From Polyangiales bacterium (GTDB taxonomy: Bacteria > Myxococcota_A > Polyangia > Polyangiales > Houyiibacteriaceae), in the NCBI GenBank assembly GCA_045106895.1, contig JBGCFM010000213.1, positions 1 to 25,305 of the forward strand: a stretch of DNA of 25,305 nucleotides, read 5' to 3'. Below are positions 8,634-16,097 of this stretch, in pieces. How positions within the stretch are numbered: the first letter of the stretch is position 1; each line of letters opens with the position of its first letter. Position numbers and translations under genes: made by a program. The notes below the pieces were generated by a model. It was given only the letters and a program-made list of their open reading frames with translations. It did no database searches and was not told where the DNA came from.

Positions 8634-9691
8634 GGCCTAAGCTCCACTCGGTTTCCGCCGAGTCCAAGGACGTGGGCGATGATGGCGGCGGCGGGGCCGA
8701 AGAACTCTGCGGGCAAGACCTCGCCGACCTTGGCGTCCTTGTACATGGCGCGCGCGAAAGGCTTGTTCTCGACGATGGGAACGCCGTTCTTTCGCGCCTC
8801 GCGACGCATGTTCAGCGCCGCGTCGTCCTTGGCCATCGCCAGCACCATCGGCGCGGCGTCCTTCGTGGGGTCATAGCGAATCGCCACCGCCAAGTGAGTC
8901 GGATTGGTCACGAGAACCGTGGCCTCGGCGATGTTGCCGTTCACGGTCATGAGCTCGCGCATGCGCTGACGCTGACGGCGCTTGATGAGCGGATCGCCTT
9001 GGTCCTGCTTCATCTCGTCGCGGATATCGCGGCGGGACATTTTCGCGTCTTCTTCGAACTTGCGCTTCGCCATGAAGTAGTCGAAGGCCGCCACGCAAAG
9101 GAAAGCAACGATGCCCCACTTCGCGATGCGCCCCGCGACGCTGAGTGTTGCGCTCGCCCCCGCCTCCACGCTCGAGGCGCCAAGACCGATAAAGAGGGAG
9201 AGGTCGCCCTCGACGACCTTGTAGACGATGAGGCCAACGGCGCCGAGCTTCGCCACGGCCTTCACGATCTCGATGGCGGACTCTTTGCCCGGGAGCATCT
9301 TCTTCACGTTCGCCAAGGGAGCGAAGCGCTCGGCTTTCGGCGCCAAGTCTTTGAACGAGAAATAGAAACGCGACTGCGTAAGCCCGATGACGATGGCGCC
9401 CACCATCGCGGCAAAGATGACGGGGAACGCCGCGTTCATGAACGTGCTCGTCGCGACGCCGACGAACTCGAGGGGGCTGTCCGAGCCGCGCAGGCGGAAA
9501 GCGCGGCGAGCGATGGATGCAATCTTCGCGCTTGAGCCGCCGATGGTGATGGCGATAGCCGCGCAGGCGCAGAGCAGAACTGCCGCGGAGACCAAGTCTT
9601 CGGACTTGACGAGCTTTCCGTCGTCGCGAAGCTGCTCCTTTTTCTTGGGAGTCGCATCTTCGGTCTGCTGCGCTTTGTCCTGTTCGCTCAT
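8630..9691 (-). CDS. flhB: Flagellar export switch protein FlhB
   Basis: TEDATPKK N-terminus, four hydrophobic segments, MKQDQGDPLIKRRQR, autocleavage motif TNPTH. Confidence 0.97.
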   Translation of the reverse strand: MSEQDKAQQTEDATPKKKEQLRDDGKLVKSEDLVSAAVLLCACAAIAITIGGSSAKIASIARRAFRLRGSDSPLEFVGVATSTFMNAAFPVIFAAMVGAIVIGLTQSRFYFSFKDLAPKAERFAPLANVKKMLPGKESAIEIVKAVAKLGAVGLIVYKVVEGDLSLFIGLGASSVEAGASATLSVAGRIAKWGIVAFLCVAAFDYFMAKRKFEEDAKMSRRDIRDEMKQDQGDPLIKRRQRQRMRELMTVNGNIAEATVLVTNPTHLAVAIRYDPTKDAAPMVLAMAKDDAALNMRREARKNGVPIVENKPFARAMYKDAKVGEVLPAEFFGPAAAIIAHVLGLGGNRVELRP

Positions 9692-10479
9692 GGCGCGCCT
9701 TGGAACACGCTGGCCAGGAGCGTCGGCAGGCTACGGATCTCTGCGGCGATGGCCGGGGCCAAACTTGGCGTCGCGACGTAGAGCAATAGGAGGCCGGAGC
9801 TGACCGCCACCGCGAAGGTGAGCTGGAAGATCTGCACGCGGGGTGCAGCCCGGCTCGTAAGCGCCATTCCGAGCTGAACAATGAACATTGTGGCCACCAC
9901 GGGAGCTGACATACGCAAGCCGTGTGCCACGACGGTTCCGCCGATGCTGACGATGCCCCCGAGCTCCAGGGCCCCAAAAACATCGCCCGGCGGCGCGGTG
10001 CGAATCGTCGCTGAGAGCGCGTCGAGAACAACATGATGGCCGTTCATCGCGAGGAAAAACGCGATGCCGAGCGTGCCCATGGCGCGGGCGACGGGGGTCA
10101 TGCTCTCGCCGAAGGCGGGGTCTAGCGACTGCGCGAAGGCGAGGCCCGACGAGAAGCCGACGGCGGTTCCGGCAACGCTGATCGCCGCGAGTATGACGCG
10201 CACCGTCACCCCGATGACGGCGCCGACGAGGACTTCGCCCCCAGCGGCTCGTAAGAGCAGAACGGGGTGGTCATCGATGATGGCAGCGGGCGTGCCGATG
10301 AGTGGCGTGGCCAACGCAAAACCGATCATGAACGCCAGCGCGGCTCGCACTTTCATCGGCGCGAGGTCACCGAAAGGCGCAGGCATCGCGCTGAGCGCTA
10401 CGCCGACGCGCAAGCTTATGAGCATCACGAGCGGGATGATGGGCTCCAGCCACTCGAGGGCCGTGGTGAGGCTGCCCAT
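9688..10479 (-). CDS. fliR: Flagellar export gate protein FliR
   Basis: Very hydrophobic 263 aa; GLAFAQSLDP, FLAMNGHH, RAAPRVQIF; fliP-fliQ-fliR-flhB order. Confidence 0.93.
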   Translation of the reverse strand: MGSLTTALEWLEPIIPLVMLISLRVGVALSAMPAPFGDLAPMKVRAALAFMIGFALATPLIGTPAAIIDDHPVLLLRAAGGEVLVGAVIGVTVRVILAAISVAGTAVGFSSGLAFAQSLDPAFGESMTPVARAMGTLGIAFFLAMNGHHVVLDALSATIRTAPPGDVFGALELGGIVSIGGTVVAHGLRMSAPVVATMFIVQLGMALTSRAAPRVQIFQLTFAVAVSSGLLLLYVATPSLAPAIAAEIRSLPTLLASVFQGAP

Positions 10480-10482
10480 GCT

Positions 10483-10755
10483 CTACCGCGGCGTGATGTT
10501 CGCGATGGCGCGTATGGCCAGCGTCGTAAAATCCGCCGCGGTCTCGAGGGTAAAGGCTCCCCCTAGGCTCAGCGCCACGATGCACGCGAGGGCCTTGGGA
10601 CCAAACGCCACGGACTGGTCGTTGATCTGCGTCGCGGCCTGAAGCACGGCGATGATGAGGCCGACGATAACGACCGTGAGCACCGCCGGCGACGCTGCCA
10701 GAACAGCGGTGTAGAGCATGTCCCGAAACCATTGGAGAGCGGCAGCGGTGGTCAT
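10483..10755 (-). CDS. fliQ: Flagellar export gate protein FliQ (90 aa)
   Basis: GLIIAVLQAATQINDQSVAFGPK signature; start corrected to the ATG at 10755 (ATGA overlap with the fliP stop). Confidence 0.95.
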   Translation of the reverse strand: MTTAAALQWFRDMLYTAVLAASPAVLTVVIVGLIIAVLQAATQINDQSVAFGPKALACIVALSLGGAFTLETAADFTTLAIRAIANITPR

Positions 10756-11519
10756 ACGGACCCCGAGAAGGAGGCAACAAGGGACTGCGTGAGCAGCGCC
10801 CATCCGTCCACAACGACGAAGAGCAAGAGCTTCATCGGCGTCGAGACCATCGTCGGCGGGAGCATCACCATGCCCATGGCTGTGAGGATGGCGGCGACGA
10901 TGAGGTCGATGAGCACGAAGGGCAGAAAGAGCAAGAAGCCCATCTCAAAACCCGTTCGCAGTTCGCTGATGAGAAACGCAGGGACCAGGAGCGTCAGCGG
11001 AACGTCCGCTTCCGTCTGGGGCAGCGGCGTGGAGGTCATGTCGAAGAACTGGCGAAGGTCGGCCTCGCGCGTTTGTCCGATGAGAAACGTGCGGACAATG
11101 TTCTGACTCCGCGAGAACATCTCCTCTTCGTCGATGGTCTCTGCCACGTAAGGCGAAAACGCTTGTTCATCGATGGCCTTCGCCACGGGCGTCATAACGA
11201 CGGCAGTAAGCAAAAGCGAGAGCGCGAGAATCACCTGCATCGGCGGGACGTTCTGCGTGCCGATGGCTTGGCGGACGAAGGAGAGGACGACCACGATTCG
11301 CGTGAACGAGGTCATGGAGATGAGAATCGCCGGCGCAACGGCGAGGACAGTGAGCAGCCCGAGAATCTTCAGGGTGCCAACGACCTGCTCGGGTCCCTCG
11401 CTTTCGCCGCCGATGCTGATGTCGATGCTGGGCTGCGCTTCAGCGAGCTCCGGCACCGCGACCAGCGCGGCGAAGAGTGCGCCGCCGAGACAGACGCGAA
11501 GGAGGGAGAAGTTCTTCAT
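10752..11519 (-). CDS. fliP: Flagellar export gate protein FliP
   Basis: Cleavable signal peptide, MTSFTRIVVVLS, PAFLISELRTGFEMG, MGMVMLPP, KLLLFVVVDGW. Confidence 0.98.
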   Translation of the reverse strand: MKNFSLLRVCLGGALFAALVAVPELAEAQPSIDISIGGESEGPEQVVGTLKILGLLTVLAVAPAILISMTSFTRIVVVLSFVRQAIGTQNVPPMQVILALSLLLTAVVMTPVAKAIDEQAFSPYVAETIDEEEMFSRSQNIVRTFLIGQTREADLRQFFDMTSTPLPQTEADVPLTLLVPAFLISELRTGFEMGFLLFLPFVLIDLIVAAILTAMGMVMLPPTMVSTPMKLLLFVVVDGWALLTQSLVASFSGSV

Positions 11520-11527
11520 GATATCGC

Positions 11528-12649
11528 TCAGCCCAGACGGCGACGAAGCTCAAGGAGACCCGCGACGGCGGAAGCCTGACTCGAGCGAGCGGGCGTAGAA
11601 GCGGTGTCCGTGCGGCGACCTGCGAGGTCGAGAAGTCGGGCGCCGAAGCGCTCATCGCTGGCCGCCTTGCTCTGCGTAGGAAGCGCAAAAGCCATCGGCG
11701 GCCGCGAATCCGCAGGAGGCTGAGGACTTGGGGGAGCAGCGGAGATGCGCGGTTTGGTGAGCCGAATCATCTCTTCGTCCATTTCCGCGTCTTGGCTCAC
11801 GGACGTGATCAGCTGCGTCTGGGCGCCGTTGACGCTGAGGAGGTGCTCTTCACCAAGCGCTCTGACGACGATGAGCTGATGCCTTGGCCCAATACGCTTG
11901 GTGGAGACCACATCGATGTCAGGCGCGACGGTGATTCCTTTCCGCCGGCTCACCACCAATCGAACGACGAGGAGGAGCCCGCCAAGCAGCGCGGTGATGA
12001 GAAGGAGCACGCCCACGGGAGAGCCGTTGGTGGGCTCATGGCCGTCGAGGAGACCGCCGGCGAGGGCGCCCTCGGTCTCCGTCGCGAGGAGCGGCGGCGC
12101 CAGAAGCGCGCCATCTTCCCCCACATCCGCCTCTCCTGCGGCGTCCGCTTCGGACTCGTCCGCTTCCCCTGCCGCGTCTACGGCTGCTTCTTCAACCTCT
12201 ACGCTCTCCGCTCTTGCTGCCGGCGCCGCTTCCATCTCTGGTGGACGCTGAGGGAGCGCGCCGCGCCGGAAGCGAATGGCGCTTCCCCCGTCGAAAGGAA
12301 CGACGCTGATATCGTCGGAGCTGATCTCCCGGCGGTCTCCCAGACGAATGTGGACGAGCGCGGAGTCTCCGGCGCCACCACGGACACGTACGTCACGAAA
12401 CGCGAGCCCATCACCGGGCTGCGTCAGTCGCTCGTGGTCCACTCCACGAAACCAGAGCTTTACCTCGCCGCGGCCAATACGAACGCGGGGCTCGGGGAGC
12501 TCGCTCGCCGAGAGGAGGAGGACCCACGCGAAGTCGGCGTCGACCTGGACCTGCGTCCCGGTCAGTGGAATCTCCGCCAGCGCAGGACTGGAGGCGAAGG
12601 TAGCCAGAGCCAACACGCTCAGGCACAGGGTTCGTTGCATCTGGTTCAT
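11528..12649 (-). CDS. fliO: FliO-family export chaperone with large N-terminal extracytoplasmic domain (373 aa)
   Basis: Located between fliN and fliP; one TM helix followed by the FliO-type beta domain IDVVSTKRIGPRHQLIVVRALGEEHLLSV; N-terminal signal peptide ending SPALA. Confidence 0.8.
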   Translation of the reverse strand: MNQMQRTLCLSVLALATFASSPALAEIPLTGTQVQVDADFAWVLLLSASELPEPRVRIGRGEVKLWFRGVDHERLTQPGDGLAFRDVRVRGGAGDSALVHIRLGDRREISSDDISVVPFDGGSAIRFRRGALPQRPPEMEAAPAARAESVEVEEAAVDAAGEADESEADAAGEADVGEDGALLAPPLLATETEGALAGGLLDGHEPTNGSPVGVLLLITALLGGLLLVVRLVVSRRKGITVAPDIDVVSTKRIGPRHQLIVVRALGEEHLLSVNGAQTQLITSVSQDAEMDEEMIRLTKPRISAAPPSPQPPADSRPPMAFALPTQSKAASDERFGARLLDLAGRRTDTASTPARSSQASAVAGLLELRRRLG

Positions 12650-13104
12650 TCGTCTCCTCCGAGTCGGCGCACACGCTCGGCAGGCGAGACGATGTCTGTG
12701 ACACGGACGCCGTAGCGCTCGCCCACAACCACCGCTTCGCCTTCGGCGATGAGCGTTTGGTTTGCGTAGATTGAAAGCGGCGCGCCGGCCTGAAGGTCGA
12801 GCGTAAGAACGGTTCCGGCGCCGACCTGCATCAGCTCGCGGATCTTCACGCGCTTGCGGCCAAGCTCGACGTGAATGGTCAGCGGGATCTCCATGACGCG
12901 GTCGAGGCCGTTGTCGGATGCCTGCGCGGGGTAGTCGCTAAAGAGGGCGCCGGCGACGTCCGGCGAAGGTCCACGAAAGCCAAAGTCCTGGTCGCTTTGC
13001 TCCGCCTGTTCACGCTGTGGTGCGGGCGGTGGCGCCATCGAGTTGCTCACGGGAGCGGGGATGCTCGGGTCATGACCTTGGTCTCTTACATCTTCCATAG
13101 ACAC
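12646..13104 (-). CDS. fliN: C-ring switch protein FliN
   Basis: C-terminal SpoA domain LDRVMEIPLTIHVELG...IAEGEAVVVGERYGVRVTDI. The start may be ATG 13098 rather than GTG 13104. Confidence 0.95.
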   Translation of the reverse strand: MSMEDVRDQGHDPSIPAPVSNSMAPPPAPQREQAEQSDQDFGFRGPSPDVAGALFSDYPAQASDNGLDRVMEIPLTIHVELGRKRVKIRELMQVGAGTVLTLDLQAGAPLSIYANQTLIAEGEAVVVGERYGVRVTDIVSPAERVRRLGGDE

Positions 13105-13105
13105 C

Positions 13106-14041
13106 TCATCGACTCGTGATCTCCACGGCGAGGTTGCCGTGGTTGGTTATTGGTTTTCCGCGCAACACGGTGACGCCGGATACAAGCAGGCGACATGGCT
13201 GGCCGGGCACACCGTCCAAACGAAGAACGTCCCCCACGGCGAGGTCCAAGACGGCACGCACCGACGACTTCGCCTCGCCCAAGACGGCGACAATCTCGAC
13301 ATCGGCGGCATCGACGCGCCGCTGAATTCGGCGCTGTTCAGCTTTCGTCAGACACTCCGAGGGGTCGTCGCTCTTCGTGTTGAAGGTGATGCTGACGGCG
13401 TTGCTCGCAAAGACCAGAAGGACCTCGTCCGCCGGCGCGACGCCAGGATTGACAGCGACGGCGATGCGAAGCACCGGCTCGTGGGCCTCAAGCTTTGGCA
13501 GCTCCATCACATCGGAGTGAAGTCCGAGAAGGCGAATCACGTCCGGGGCGCCGCAGAGGTCGTCGCTTATTCCGGCGATGAGCTCCGCGACAATCGGCCG
13601 AAGCACCCGCGTCTCTACCGCCGTAAGCACGTCGCGGGTCGGCGAGGGAGCGTCGTCCCCCATCACGAGCGGCGCGCCTAGCTGGCGGTCGAGGATAAAG
13701 GCGACGAGGTGCGGCCCAAGCGTCAGAAAGCCGAAGCTCTCCCCGATGCGCAGGTGGGCCACCGCGCACCCCGGCCGCACGCCGCCGACGGCAACGGAGT
13801 AGGGGTTGATCTCCGCCGGGGCAGCTTCCGTCGCCGCGGGAGTTCCCGCGTGCCTAAGAAGGAGGCGGCGAGCCAATCGTGCGATCTCTTCTCCAGCGCG
13901 GTCCGCTCCAGGAAGCGCTGCGCGGATGCGGCGTTCAGGCGAGGTGAGGTCAACGTCTTCGGCGTTGTCGTTTCCGCCACCCTCTTGCATCGCTGCAAGG
14001 AGTGCGTCGGTCTCTTCGCTAGAGAGAAGGGGGTCGCTCAT
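13106..14041 (-). CDS. fliM: C-ring switch protein FliM (divergent)
   Basis: N-terminal CheY-binding-like LLSSEETDALL, C-terminal SpoA domain (VLDLAVGDVLRL, GNLAVEIT); fliL-fliM-fliN order. Confidence 0.88.
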   Translation of the reverse strand: MSDPLLSSEETDALLAAMQEGGGNDNAEDVDLTSPERRIRAALPGADRAGEEIARLARRLLLRHAGTPAATEAAPAEINPYSVAVGGVRPGCAVAHLRIGESFGFLTLGPHLVAFILDRQLGAPLVMGDDAPSPTRDVLTAVETRVLRPIVAELIAGISDDLCGAPDVIRLLGLHSDVMELPKLEAHEPVLRIAVAVNPGVAPADEVLLVFASNAVSITFNTKSDDPSECLTKAEQRRIQRRVDAADVEIVAVLGEAKSSVRAVLDLAVGDVLRLDGVPGQPCRLLVSGVTVLRGKPITNHGNLAVEITSR

Positions 14042-14056
14042 CGGATGCTCCGCGCC

Positions 14057-14542
14057 CTACTGGACGACGAACTCCGTGTAGAAGACCCGGCGGACGGGTT
14101 CGCCACCGGTGACTTCGTTGATCATGACGACGAGCTCCTCCGAGATCTCCGCCTTGGCGCCCACCGCGCGAATGCGCTCCGGGTCGAGCTCACTGAAGAA
14201 GATGACCAACCGGTTCTGAATCGGAATAAGCGCGGCTTCGATGACGGCGCCGTCTTCTTCTTCTCTCGCCTCCATCTGGAGCGAGACGCGCATGAAACGG
14301 CCCCAGCGCTCACCGCTCAAGTTCACGATGAGCGTCGGAAGCTCGACGAGGGCCCCGAAGGTCTCGGGGTCTGAGGTCTCTTCTTGTGCTGCGGCGCTGC
14401 CGTTGTCGGAGAAGAGCACCAGGTAGGCGCCAATGCCGCCCAAACCAAGCAGGTTGCATAGAATCAGGATCAAGATGAGCTTGCTGTTCCCGTTGCTTGG
14501 CAGCTCGGGTTTTACATCATCCGGAGTTTCTTCGTCGGCCAT
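14057..14542 (-). CDS. fliL: Flagellar basal-body-associated protein FliL (161 aa)
   Basis: Single N-terminal TM, LPTLIVNL, C-terminal VRRVFYTEFVVQ FliL signature; start at ATG 14542. Confidence 0.93.
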   Translation of the reverse strand: MADEETPDDVKPELPSNGNSKLILILILCNLLGLGGIGAYLVLFSDNGSAAAQEETSDPETFGALVELPTLIVNLSGERWGRFMRVSLQMEAREEEDGAVIEAALIPIQNRLVIFFSELDPERIRAVGAKAEISEELVVMINEVTGGEPVRRVFYTEFVVQ

Positions 14543-14555
14543 GGGACCCTGACAA

Positions 14556-14571
14556 AGCACCGTCTATGCCA
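14556..14571 (-). promoter_or_regulatory. Sigma-54 promoter for the fliL-flgG operon
   Basis: Minus strand reads TGGCAT-AGACG-GTGCT (GG-N10-GC), directly upstream of fliL. Confidence 0.75.
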
Positions 14572-14647
14572 ACACCACAGATGCGATGAATCCAGGGTGA
14601 TCCCTCGGTTCGTCTCGCTCTTTATGCACAGAAAAGCGACAGGGTTC

Positions 14648-14731
14648 TGACAGAGGCGCCTTGGCCTTGACGCTTAGGGCCTCCGCACGCGGCAGGGCGG
14701 CCAAGACGTCAGGTCGCTGGCGCTTGTGTCA
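14648..14731. promoter_or_regulatory. Inverted pair of 25-bp boxes, putative upstream activator sequences for a sigma-54 enhancer-binding protein
   Basis: TGACAgagGCGCCttggcctTGACG (14648-14672, +) and TGACAcaaGCGCCagcgaccTGACG (14731-14707, -) share 18 of 25 positions and lie between two sigma-54 promoters. Confidence 0.55.
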
Positions 14732-14828
14732 ACGCAGTGGCGTGATCTTGGCGCTCAAGGCTGGTGGAGAAGCGCCTCGAACCACGGATCAACCTTGGAA
14801 CCTCGCTCGAATATCGCCCGCACAACCT

Positions 14829-14844
14829 TGGCACCGCCATTGCA
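14829..14844 (+). promoter_or_regulatory. Sigma-54 promoter for the flgB-flgE operon
   Basis: TGGCAC-CGCCA-TTGCA, an exact match to the TGGCAC-N5-TTGCW consensus, directly upstream of flgB. Confidence 0.9.
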
Positions 14845-14857
14845 ACTGGCATCAGCC

Positions 14858-15247
14858 ATGAGCGGAATCTTCGACCCACTGCGCCACAGCCACCGCGCCC
14901 TGGACTACCACATGCAGCGGCACAACGTTCTGGCGTCCAACGTTGCGAACATCGACACGCCCGGCTTTGACCCCTCCGAGCTCGTCCGCAACGTCGAAGC
15001 CCCCCTTCGAACAGACACGCCGGCGGCAACGCACCGCTCCCACATTGGACACCGCAGCGCCCACGAAGCGCAGACCTCCGAGCGTTTCGAACAGGTTGTT
15101 CGCGCCGGCGGCGACGGGAACTCCGTCAGCCTCGAGCGTGAGATGGCGAAAGTCTCCGCCAACGACCTACGCTTTGAGGCCATCGGAAAGATGGTCCGCG
15201 CGCAGCTTGGCGCCCTTCGATACGCCGCGAGCGATGCGAATGGATAA
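14858..15247 (+). CDS. flgB: Flagellar proximal rod protein FlgB (129 aa)
   Basis: RHNVLASNVANIDTPGF, THRSHI, DGNSVSLEREM; start set at ATG 14858, downstream of the promoter. Confidence 0.95.
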   Translation: MSGIFDPLRHSHRALDYHMQRHNVLASNVANIDTPGFDPSELVRNVEAPLRTDTPAATHRSHIGHRSAHEAQTSERFEQVVRAGGDGNSVSLEREMAKVSANDLRFEAIGKMVRAQLGALRYAASDANG

Positions 15248-15304
15248 CGCGATGAACACCAGCAACGCGTCAATGAACTGGACCGCACCTAAGGAGCTCC
15301 GCCG

Positions 15305-15733
15305 ATGAATGTCTTTAGCGCCATGGAGATCGCCGGGTCCGGACTCTACGCCCAGCGTACACGTATGAACGTGCTCGCCTCGAACCTCGCAAACGCCCGC
15401 ACGACGCAAACCGAAGAGGGCGGCCCCTACCGCCGCCTGGACCCCGTGTTTCGCGCCGTCCCCGTCGCCGACCGCTTTGACGGAATTGACAACGACCGCA
15501 GCGCCTACCTCGTTGAGGTCCCGGAAATCCGCGCCGACGAGAGCGACCCGCAGCGCATGTACGACCCGAACCACCCAGACGCTGACGAGGCCGGCTACGT
15601 CGAGATGCCCAACGTCAACGTGGTCGAAGAGATGGTGAACATGATCACCGCGGCGCGCGCGTACGAATCCGGGGTCACGCTGATGAAATCCCTCAAAGGT
15701 ATGGCCCAGAGCGCATTGAGCATCGGCGCATGA
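15305..15733 (+). CDS. flgC: Flagellar proximal rod protein FlgC
   Basis: SGLYAQRTRMNVLASNLANA, GGPYRR, YDPNHPDADEAGYVEMPNVNVVEEM; AAGGAG SD upstream. Confidence 0.98.
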   Translation: MNVFSAMEIAGSGLYAQRTRMNVLASNLANARTTQTEEGGPYRRLDPVFRAVPVADRFDGIDNDRSAYLVEVPEIRADESDPQRMYDPNHPDADEAGYVEMPNVNVVEEMVNMITAARAYESGVTLMKSLKGMAQSALSIGA

Positions 15734-16089
15734 CCAACCCTATTCAAGGCGGGCCGAGGCCTCTAGAGCTTGCGAGAGAGCTCGCACAGACTGCTCGCAG
15801 TGAGGGCGTCTCGCGCCCCTCAAGCGAGGGCCTCTCCCTACCCGCCGTCGGCGCTCCGGAGCCAAGCGGGAGCAGCTTCGGAGAGCTCCTCTCGGAGTTC
15901 GCCCAAGACGTGAACTCCGCACAAGGGGCGGCGGAGACCGCCAGCAACGACTTCGCCGAGGGTCGCAGCGACGACATCCACGGCACCATGATCAAGCTCC
16001 AAGAAGCCGACGTAAAACTCAGGCTCCTCGGCAACGTACGCAACCGTGCTCTCGAGGCGTACCGCGAAATTATGCGGATGGGTTCTTGA
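15730..16089 (+). CDS. fliE: Hook-basal body adaptor FliE
   Basis: SFGELL, DIHGTMI, VRNRALEAYREIMRM C-terminal signature. Confidence 0.95.
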   Translation: MTNPIQGGPRPLELARELAQTARSEGVSRPSSEGLSLPAVGAPEPSGSSFGELLSEFAQDVNSAQGAAETASNDFAEGRSDDIHGTMIKLQEADVKLRLLGNVRNRALEAYREIMRMGS

Positions 16090-16097
16090 GGTAGACG

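Noticed and set aside
7911..10034. Long alternative-frame ORFs (7911-8876 +, 8552-9535 +, 8871-10034 -)
   Set aside because: Shadow ORFs over flhA/flhB/fliR, expected from stop-codon scarcity in high-GC DNA; Arg-rich with no motifs.
10756..10803. Longer fliQ N-terminus from the ORF track
   Set aside because: It overlaps fliP; ATG 10755 gives a canonical 90-aa FliQ with ATGA coupling.
14726..14857. Longer flgB start (14726), and likewise the GTG 14560 start for fliL
   Set aside because: Both lie upstream of or inside the sigma-54 promoter motifs and add residues that do not resemble the protein families.
15290..15308. Sigma-28 promoter before flgC (TAAG...GCCGATGA)
   Set aside because: Spacing is 7 nt rather than 15; TAAGGAG is the ribosome-binding site.
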